A stretch of DNA of 64,000 nucleotides, from the NCBI GenBank assembly GCA_965112635.1, contig OZ218778.1, positions 1,856,001 to 1,920,000 on the forward strand, given 5' to 3'. The notes beneath the pieces are model-generated. The model was not told the DNA's origin, searched no databases, and saw nothing but the letters and a program-made list of their open reading frames with translations. Below are positions 56,953-64,000 of the stretch, in pieces. This stretch comes from an uncultured bacterium. Its GTDB lineage: Bacteria > Oederibacteriota > Oederibacteriia > Oederibacteriales > Oederibacteriaceae. The first letter of the stretch is position 1. Each line of letters begins with the position of its first letter. The position numbers and the translations under genes were made by a program.

Positions 56953-57941
56953 AGGATTCCCTCCTGCAGATAGAGAATTTAAAGACCTCTTTTACCACCC
57001 CGTGGGGAGAAGCCAAGGCCGTGGACGGGGTATTTTTGGGCATGGAGCAGGGGAAGACGCTGGGCCTGGTCGGCGAGTCCGGCTGCGGTAAAAGCGTGCT
57101 GGCTCTGTCTCTCCTCAGGCTGGTGGCTGAGCCGGCGGGCCGCATCGTTTCCGGAAAAATATTATGGAAGGGAAGGGACCTGACCACTTTAAGCGAAGCG
57201 GAAATGCGGCAGGTCAGGGGCAAGGAGATCGCCATGATCTTCCAGGAGCCTCTGACCTCGCTCAATCCGGTTTTTACCATCGGCTACCAGATCAGCGAAG
57301 CGGTAGAGCTGCACCAGGGGCTGGCCAAGGAAAAGGCCTGGGAAAAAGTGCGGCAGGTCCTGAGAAAAGTGGGATTGTCCGACCCGGAACGCCAGGCCCG
57401 CAGTTACCCGCATGAGCTCAGCGGCGGCATGAGGCAAAGGGCCATGATCGCCATGGCCCTGTCCTGCGAACCGGAGCTGCTCATCGCGGACGAGCCGACT
57501 ACGGCGCTGGACGTGACGATCCAGGCCCAGATCCTGGAGCTTTTAAAGTCCCTCCAGCAGGAGCTCAGGCTGACCCTTTTGCTGATCACCCATGACCTGG
57601 GCATCGTGGCCCAGTGCGCGGACGAGATCGCCGTGATGTATTGCGGCAAGATCACGGAGTATGCGTCCACCCAGGACCTTTTTAAACGGCCGAGCCATCC
57701 TTACACCAGGGGGCTACTGCAGTCCTTGCCGGCCATGGAACATCTGCACCACCGGTTGACCTCGATCCCGGGAGCGGTGCCGCCGGCCTGGCAAAAGCCG
57801 GCAGGCTGCACCTTCCATCCGCGCTGTTCTTTGGCCAAGGAGCGCTGCCGGACGGAGGAGCCGAAAATGGTGAGCGTCCAGCCCGGACACCAGGCCCGTT
57901 GTTTTTTTGCCAAAGAGATCGCGGCACTTACGAAAAATTAA
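56949..57941 (+). CDS. Peptide ABC transporter ATP-binding protein (OppD/DppD)
   Basis: [34 protein letters not shown]. Confidence 0.95.
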   Translation: MKDSLLQIENLKTSFTTPWGEAKAVDGVFLGMEQGKTLGLVGESGCGKSVLALSLLRLVAEPAGRIVSGKILWKGRDLTTLSEAEMRQVRGKEIAMIFQEPLTSLNPVFTIGYQISEAVELHQGLAKEKAWEKVRQVLRKVGLSDPERQARSYPHELSGGMRQRAMIAMALSCEPELLIADEPTTALDVTIQAQILELLKSLQQELRLTLLLITHDLGIVAQCADEIAVMYCGKITEYASTQDLFKRPSHPYTRGLLQSLPAMEHLHHRLTSIPGAVPPAWQKPAGCTFHPRCSLAKERCRTEEPKMVSVQPGHQARCFFAKEIAALTKN

Positions 57942-58021
57942 AAGCCTCGCAACTCCCTGTGGATTTGCGAGGTAGCAGGCTGCTAAAGGACTGCTATTAG
58001 AATTTCTAATCAGCCTGCTAA
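57941..58021. repeat. Structured dispersed repeat, copy 2
   Basis: CCTCGC..GCGAGG and TAGCAGGCTG..CAGCCTGCTA; compensatory changes relative to copy 1. Confidence 0.75.
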
Positions 58022-58030
58022 GGGAGGGGT

Positions 58031-58990
58031 ATGGCGTTTTTAGAACTCAAAGAAGTTAAAAAAGAGTTCCTGGTCAGGGAGGGTTTTTTCAGCACCGAGG
58101 CCAAACGGCTAAGGGCCGTGGACGGGGTGAACCTCAGGCTGGACCAGGGCGAGACGCTGGGCCTGGTCGGCGAGTCCGGGTGCGGCAAGACCACGACGGG
58201 CCGGATCATTTGCAGGCTGCTGGAAAAGACCAGCGGACAGGTCCTTTTCAACGGCGAAGAGATATTCTCCCTTTCCGACGAGAGGATGACCAGCCTGCGC
58301 AAAGACATCCAGATGATTTTCCAGGACCCGCTGGCTTCCCTGGATCCCAGGATGCGGGTGGGGGATTCCATCAGCGAAGGGCTGGTGATCCACCGCATGG
58401 GAACGGCCGAAGCCCGGAAAAAAAGGACCAGGGACCTTCTCCGGATGATGGGACTGGACAGCCAGGACTACGACCGGTTCCCTCATGAGTTCAGCGGAGG
58501 CCAGCGCCAGAGAGTGGGGATAGCCCGGGCGTTAGCCACCCAACCGCGCCTGCTGGTCGCGGACGAACCTATCTCGGCTCTCGATGTTTCCATTCAGGCT
58601 CAGATCCTCAATCTGCTGGGGGATCTGCAAAAAGAGCTTGGTTTTAGCATGATTTTTATTGCCCACGACCTGCGGGTCGTGGCCCATTTGAGCCAACGCA
58701 TCAGCGTCATGTATACTGGTAAGGTCATTGAACTGGCCGAGAGCGAGGATCTGGTCACGGAACCTTTGCATCCTTACAGCCAGGCTTTGTTGTCCGCTAT
58801 ACCCTGGCCGGAACCTGAGCAGCGCCGCAAAAGGGAAGTGCTCGAGGGAGAGCCTCCGAGTCCGCTGGCGATACCTGCGGGATGTCCTTTTCACCCACGG
58901 TGCCGTTTTAGGATGGCCAAATGCGTGGAGCAGGTGCCGCCTTTTGCAGAAGCAAGACCTGGACGCTGGACAGCCTGCTGGTTATACTGA
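58031..58990 (+). CDS. Peptide ABC transporter ATP-binding protein (OppF/DppF)
   Basis: [36 protein letters not shown]. Confidence 0.95.
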   Translation: MAFLELKEVKKEFLVREGFFSTEAKRLRAVDGVNLRLDQGETLGLVGESGCGKTTTGRIICRLLEKTSGQVLFNGEEIFSLSDERMTSLRKDIQMIFQDPLASLDPRMRVGDSISEGLVIHRMGTAEARKKRTRDLLRMMGLDSQDYDRFPHEFSGGQRQRVGIARALATQPRLLVADEPISALDVSIQAQILNLLGDLQKELGFSMIFIAHDLRVVAHLSQRISVMYTGKVIELAESEDLVTEPLHPYSQALLSAIPWPEPEQRRKREVLEGEPPSPLAIPAGCPFHPRCRFRMAKCVEQVPPFAEARPGRWTACWLY

Positions 58991-59019
58991 GCTAATTATT
59001 TTAGGAAAGGGGAAGCCTT

Positions 59020-60030
59020 ATGTTGTTCATGAAAAAGAAAAAAGAAAAGGAACCCGGAGCCCTAAAGGTCGGGGTGGTGGGGATCGGGCATCTGGGCCAG
59101 CACCACGCCCGGATATACCACGAACTGCCTCAGAGCGAGCTGGTGGGGGTCGTGGACGCTTCCCTGGAAAGGGCCAAAGAGTTTGGGGACAGGTTCAACT
59201 GCTTCGCGTCCGACAAGTACCAGGACCTTTTTGAAAAAGTCCAGGCGGTTTCCATCGTGACCCCTACCTCCTGGCACTATCCCATAGCCCGGGAATTCCT
59301 GAAAAGGCGCATTCCGGTCCTGCTGGAAAAACCAATGACCCGCACCGCGGAACAGGCCAAGGCCCTCCTGGACATTTCCAAGCGCCTCAAAGTCCCTTTG
59401 CAGATCGGCCACGTGGAGAGGTTCAACGCGGCCATTGACATGCTCCAGAAGCTGAAACAGACCCCCCGGTTTATCGAGTCCATCCGGCAGGGGCCGTTCG
59501 ACGGCCGCGTCAAGGACACCGGCGTGGTCCTGGACCTCATGATCCACGACCTGGACATCATCCTGGACCTGGTGGACGATTCGCCGGTGGTCCAGCTAGA
59601 GGCGGTGGGCGTCAATGTGCTGACCGCTTTTGAAGATATTGCCAACGCCCGCATCCATTTCAAGAACGGCTGCGTGGCCAACGTGACGGCCAGCCGCATC
59701 AGTCCGGAGAGGCTGCGCAAGATCAGGGTGTTCCAACCCAGCTCCTACATCTCCATTGATTACATGAACCAGAAGGTCACGGTCCTCAAGCTCAAACAGG
59801 GCCTCCAGGCCGGCGGCAGTATAGACCCGCAGCATTGGCGCGACGCCATCCAGCGCGAACAGGTCCCCATCACGCGCAAGGAGCCCCTGCGCATGGAATT
59901 GATATCTTTTATCCAGTGCGTCAAGGAAAAGAAAGACCCCAAAGTGTCAGGCCAACACGGGTACGCGGCCCTCAAACTGGCCCTGGACATCGTCAAAGCC
60001 GTGCGTTTGCAGGGCCGCCGGTCCAGGTAG
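59020..60030 (+). CDS. Gfo/Idh/MocA oxidoreductase, probable GnnA-type UDP-GlcNAc 3-dehydrogenase
   Basis: GVVGIGHLG, LEKP, GHVERFN, DLMIHDLD, ASRIS; directly upstream of lpxB. Confidence 0.8.
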   Translation: MLFMKKKKEKEPGALKVGVVGIGHLGQHHARIYHELPQSELVGVVDASLERAKEFGDRFNCFASDKYQDLFEKVQAVSIVTPTSWHYPIAREFLKRRIPVLLEKPMTRTAEQAKALLDISKRLKVPLQIGHVERFNAAIDMLQKLKQTPRFIESIRQGPFDGRVKDTGVVLDLMIHDLDIILDLVDDSPVVQLEAVGVNVLTAFEDIANARIHFKNGCVANVTASRISPERLRKIRVFQPSSYISIDYMNQKVTVLKLKQGLQAGGSIDPQHWRDAIQREQVPITRKEPLRMELISFIQCVKEKKDPKVSGQHGYAALKLALDIVKAVRLQGRRSR

Positions 60031-60043
60031 CGACAAGGTGAGC

Positions 60044-61171
60044 ATGAAAAACCCTTTGAAGATCATGATCGTTGCCGGCGAGGCCTCGGCGGATGTATAC
60101 GGCAGTTTGCTGGCCAAAGAGATCCTGAAAAGCCGTCCGAGCACCCTCTTTTTCGGTTTTGGCGGAGGTCATATGGCCCGGGCCGGGGTCAAGATCGCCT
60201 ATCCTCTGGTCGACCTGGCGGTCATGGGCTGGGTCGCGGTTTTTAAGAACATCCGCACTTTCCGTTACCTCCTCAAGCTCAGCCACCAGATGCTCAGGTC
60301 CGAGCAGCCTGACGCTGTGGTCCTGATCGATTATCCCGGGTTTAATTTGAGGGTGGCGGAGCAGGCCAAAAAGCTGGGCATCCCCGTGATCTACTATATC
60401 AGCCCGCAGGTATGGGCCTGGAGGCCCAAGAGGATCCACCGCATCGCCGAGCTGGTTACCAAGATGCTGGTGGTGCTGCCCTTTGAGAAGGCTTTGTACG
60501 AGAAAGTGAACTGCCCCGTGGAATTCGTGGGCCATCCGCTGCTGGACGTGGTCAAGGACATCCGCAAGGCCAAAAAGCCCAGCCATAAAGCCCTGGTAAC
60601 CCTGCTGCCAGGAAGCCGAAAGGAGGAAATAGAGAGGCTGCTTCCCACGATGCTAAAAGTCGCGGAAAGGCTGACCGCCTACGAACCCATAGATTTTGTC
60701 CTGCCCCTGGCTTCCACCATCACGCGCTATATGGTCGACGGCCATTTGAGCCGGAGCAAGGTTTTCGTCAAGGTGATCACCAAGGATACCCTGGCCATGC
60801 GCAAGGCGGCGGACTTTGCCCTGGTAGCGTCCGGCACCGCCACCCTGGAAACCGCTTTGATGCAGATACCCATGGTCATCCTGTACAAGGTCTCTCCGGT
60901 CAATTACTGGATCGCCAAGCGGGTGGTTAATGTCTCCTACATCGGTTTGGTCAATATCGTGGCAGGCAAAAGGATCGTGCCGGAATTTTTGCAGGAACAG
61001 GTCCAGCCGGAACTTATCCTGCCCCAGGCCCTGGCCCTTTTGCAGGACACGGAGCAAAGGGCCCAGATGAAAAAGGACCTCAGGACCGTGGCTGTTTCCC
61101 TGGGAGAAGGCGGGGCTTCTCGCCTGGCGGCCATTGCGGTCCTCAAGGTCATCGAACAAAAACGGATATAG
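60044..61171 (+). CDS. lpxB: Lipid A disaccharide synthase
   Basis: VAGEASAD, IDYPGFN, SPQVWAWR, VGHPL, LPGSR, SGTATLE. Confidence 0.97.
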   Translation: MKNPLKIMIVAGEASADVYGSLLAKEILKSRPSTLFFGFGGGHMARAGVKIAYPLVDLAVMGWVAVFKNIRTFRYLLKLSHQMLRSEQPDAVVLIDYPGFNLRVAEQAKKLGIPVIYYISPQVWAWRPKRIHRIAELVTKMLVVLPFEKALYEKVNCPVEFVGHPLLDVVKDIRKAKKPSHKALVTLLPGSRKEEIERLLPTMLKVAERLTAYEPIDFVLPLASTITRYMVDGHLSRSKVFVKVITKDTLAMRKAADFALVASGTATLETALMQIPMVILYKVSPVNYWIAKRVVNVSYIGLVNIVAGKRIVPEFLQEQVQPELILPQALALLQDTEQRAQMKKDLRTVAVSLGEGGASRLAAIAVLKVIEQKRI

Positions 61172-61227
61172 GTAAGCAAGCCTAACGGATTCTGTTATAC
61201 TGGTCCAAATTTTTGCTGGAGGATGTT

Positions 61228-62955
61228 TTGATAAAAAGGTATTTCAAACTACTTCTCTTTGCCAAACCCTATATCGGCAGGCTCGTGGCCGCGGCCCTGG
61301 CCATGGCCTGCCTGGCGGTAATATCCGGTGCGCCGGCTTTACTGACCCAGCAAACGATCGACCAATTCCTGGATAAAAGCAAGGATCCGAGGTTGATCCT
61401 GGGACTGGCCATTTTGATCGTAGTCGTTTTTTTCGTCAAAGGAGTTTTCTCTTACCTGCAAGATTATCTTATTGGTTCGGTAGGACACCGTGTCACCAGG
61501 GATATCAGGAATAAACTGAAAGCAAAGATCCATGAGCTTTCCCTGGATTATTTCACCCAGGAAAAGACCGGACAGATCATGTCGCGCTTTACCTACGATG
61601 TCCTGCAGATACGGCCGGGGATTACCGATGTCGTGGGCCGGGTCATCCGGGACGGCCTGACCCTGGTCGTGCTCGTGTCTATCGCCTTTTATATGAACTG
61701 GCGTATGGCGCTCCTGGCGTTCATCATTTTTCCGCCTGTCCTGTGGATCCTCTACAGTTTTGGGAAGCGTCTGACCAAAGCCAGCGGCCAGAGCATGGCC
61801 AGTATCGGAGACCTCACTTCTTTATTGCAAGAGGCCCTAAACAATATGCGTATCATCAAGGCTTTTGGCATGCAGGAATACGAAAAGGAGAGGTTTGCCA
61901 AAGAAAATGCCAAGTTGACCGACATCAATGTGGGTTATACCCGTATTACCTCGCGTTCGTCCCCAGTGGCAGAGTTTGGGGGCGCTGTGGGCATTGCTTT
62001 TTATTTTTGGTACGGCGGAATGCAGGTCCACAACTCCGTGATCACCCCAGGCGCTTTTTTTGCTTTCCTGGTAGCCCTGGCATCCATGTATAAACCCATC
62101 AGGGGTATCAGCGAATTGAATAATGTGCTGCCGACCGCTTTAGCCGCCTCTGACCGTATTTGCGAAATTCTGGAAACGCCACCCACCGTGACAGAAAAAC
62201 CCGGAGCGCAGGCAGTTCAGAAATTTGAGCGTTCCATTACGTATAAGAATGTGAGCTTTTCCTACGGCCGGAACGCGGTCGTGCTGGACAACCTCAATAT
62301 TGAAGTGGCCAAGGGCAAGGTGCTGGCCATTGTCGGGCCCAGCGGAGCGGGGAAGACCACGCTGGTGGACCTGCTGCCCAGGTTCTATGACCCGACCAGG
62401 GGAAGTGTCTTGATAGACGGCAAGGACATCCGGGAATTTACCCTGGACTCCCTGCGCTCCCTGATGGGCATCGTGACCCAGGAGACCATCCTGTTCAATG
62501 ATTCGGTCCGCAACAATATCGCCTACGGCAGGATGAGCGCCTCCCTGGAAGAGATCCAAAAGGCGGCCAAGGCCGCTTACGCCCATTCTTTCATCGAGAA
62601 CATGCCCATGGGATACGGGACCCTGATCGGAGAACGCGGGGTCAAACTTTCCGGCGGGGAGAGGCAGCGGGTGGCCATCGCCCGGGCCATTTTGAAAGAT
62701 CCCCAGATCCTTATCTTCGACGAAGCCACCTCGGCCCTGGACACGGAGTCCGAACGGCTGGTCCAAAGCGCCATCGAGGCGGTCATGGCCAACCGGACCA
62801 CCCTCGTTATCGCACACCGGCTTTCCACCATCCAGAGGGCCGACCAGATCCTGGTCCTGGAAAAAGGCAGGATCGTGGAGACGGGCACCCACCAGGAACT
62901 TTTGGGCAAGGGTGGGCTTTATAAAAAACTTTATGACATGCAGTTCCAAATATAA
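61228..62955 (+). CDS. msbA: Lipid A flippase-type ABC transporter
   Basis: 6-TM domain plus NBD GPSGAGKT, LSGGERQR, DEATSALD; follows lpxB; SD GGAGG before TTG 61228. Confidence 0.85.
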   Translation: MIKRYFKLLLFAKPYIGRLVAAALAMACLAVISGAPALLTQQTIDQFLDKSKDPRLILGLAILIVVVFFVKGVFSYLQDYLIGSVGHRVTRDIRNKLKAKIHELSLDYFTQEKTGQIMSRFTYDVLQIRPGITDVVGRVIRDGLTLVVLVSIAFYMNWRMALLAFIIFPPVLWILYSFGKRLTKASGQSMASIGDLTSLLQEALNNMRIIKAFGMQEYEKERFAKENAKLTDINVGYTRITSRSSPVAEFGGAVGIAFYFWYGGMQVHNSVITPGAFFAFLVALASMYKPIRGISELNNVLPTALAASDRICEILETPPTVTEKPGAQAVQKFERSITYKNVSFSYGRNAVVLDNLNIEVAKGKVLAIVGPSGAGKTTLVDLLPRFYDPTRGSVLIDGKDIREFTLDSLRSLMGIVTQETILFNDSVRNNIAYGRMSASLEEIQKAAKAAYAHSFIENMPMGYGTLIGERGVKLSGGERQRVAIARAILKDPQILIFDEATSALDTESERLVQSAIEAVMANRTTLVIAHRLSTIQRADQILVLEKGRIVETGTHQELLGKGGLYKKLYDMQFQI

Positions 62956-62988
62956 AAACCAAACCAAAGTGAATGAGGAGCAGGGGCC

Positions 62989-63708
62989 GTGTCGCTAGCA
63001 ATAACCGTTTATGTGCCTGAATGTATTGTCATGGCGGCGGACAGCCGTCAATCCATCAAAATAGACACGGTCGAGCCGGGGAAGCAGCCTGTTTCCGTGG
63101 TCACTCCGGGTTCGGATGCCCTGAATAAGCTGTTCTTTTTTGAGCCGCAAAAGACCGGCGTGGTCACCTACGGCGACACTATGCCGGAAGGGAAGACCGT
63201 GGCCAGTTTTTTGGAAAGGTTCAGCACGGAAAGGCTGGAACCCGAGGACAAAGTGGGCCAGGTGGCCGGCAAGTTGAGGGGGTTCTTTTTTAACAGCCAT
63301 CCCCAGGCTGATACAGCCTTTCACGTGGCTGGCTTTGAAAAGCAGGGCCGCCAGAGCGTCCCGCATGTGTATCACGTCACGGCGGATTTCGTCAGGCGCG
63401 TCAATATCGTGGAAAACAGCAACCCCGCGGAGGTCATTTTCGGATGTACCTGGGGAGGAGAAGCCGACGTCATGGCTTCACTATTTTTGGGCCCTGGGCC
63501 GGAGGGGAAACCCAAGCCGCCGGTGGTTTGGGCCGCTTTTTCGCCCCAGGATGCCATTGATTTTAGCCTCTATGCCATGCGCACCACAATTGATACAATG
63601 AGATTCCAGGCCAGACCCAAAAGCGTGGGCGGGCCGATAGATATATTGCTTTTGACACCCACAGAGTGCTCGTTTATCAAGAAAAAAAAGATCGGGGTGG
63701 ATGTTTAA
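62989..63708 (+). CDS. Proteasome-subunit-like Ntn-hydrolase fold protein with N-terminal Ser
   Basis: (M)SLAITVY..IVMAADSR..NKLF..GVVTYG..FHVAGF..VGGPIDILLL resembles a beta-subunit pattern. Confidence 0.6.
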   Translation: MSLAITVYVPECIVMAADSRQSIKIDTVEPGKQPVSVVTPGSDALNKLFFFEPQKTGVVTYGDTMPEGKTVASFLERFSTERLEPEDKVGQVAGKLRGFFFNSHPQADTAFHVAGFEKQGRQSVPHVYHVTADFVRRVNIVENSNPAEVIFGCTWGGEADVMASLFLGPGPEGKPKPPVVWAAFSPQDAIDFSLYAMRTTIDTMRFQARPKSVGGPIDILLLTPTECSFIKKKKIGVDV

Positions 63709-63782
63709 AGCAAAGGTTCCGGGTTATTTATTTTCACTTGAAACCGGTAACTTGAAACTAGAAACTGTTTTTAGGAGGATGC

Positions 63783-64000
63783 ATGAGCGATATAAAGGTC
63801 GACAGGGCCAGCAGGGACGATTTCGGGGCCATTGCGGGGATCTGGGAAAGGCACAACACCGAGGTCGCCAAAAAGAACCCGGAGTTCCCGCTGAAGCGCA
63901 ATATGTCCTACTTGTTCAACGAGCATCTCAACAAGGTTTTTTTGGATCCCAAGCAGATCATCTTGGTGGCCAAAAAAAACGACAGCATCGTTGGGTTCGG
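63783..64000 (+). CDS. GNAT-family acetyltransferase (truncated by the window end)
   Basis: SD AGGAGG; MSDIKVDRASRDDFGAI..IILVAKKNDSIVGF. Confidence 0.6.
   Translation, partial: MSDIKVDRASRDDFGAIAGIWERHNTEVAKKNPEFPLKRNMSYLFNEHLNKVFLDPKQIILVAKKNDSIVGF

Noticed and set aside
57015-58190. Nucleotide-level repeat GACGCTGGGCCTGGTCGGCGAGTCCGG
   Set aside because: Conserved Walker A region of paralogous OppD/OppF.

Overview
A chromosomal segment of a diderm, LPS-producing bacterium (lpxB, msbA, lnt, porin). The PorV-family genes and Thr-rich cargo suggest a poorly characterised lineage such as FCPU426/Firestonebacteria/Goldbacteria or Elusimicrobiota; this is inference only. Housekeeping genes (tsaB, rimI, serA, purA, secA, ubiE-like, lnt, dinB, an Opp/Dpp ABC operon, lpxB, msbA, tRNA-Gly-CCC) are interleaved with a surface-protein system. 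That system has five secreted modular proteins with Thr-rich stalks and T9SS-CTD/FlgD-Ig-like C-termini, plus three PorV/PorQ-like beta-barrel genes placed directly behind cargo genes; no core T9SS motor or translocon gene was recognised in the window. Two PorV paralogs, and possibly an O-antigen-ligase gene, appear to start at ACG codons behind strong SD sequences. Other notable items: an RsbW kinase/membrane sensor/PP2C fusion with its STAS partner, a promoter-palindrome-terminator leader before purA, a frameshifted PilB/GspE ATPase, two kinds of small palindromic non-autonomous elements, and a Ser1 proteasome-like Ntn-hydrolase. All calls come from reading motifs by eye; no database searches were run.
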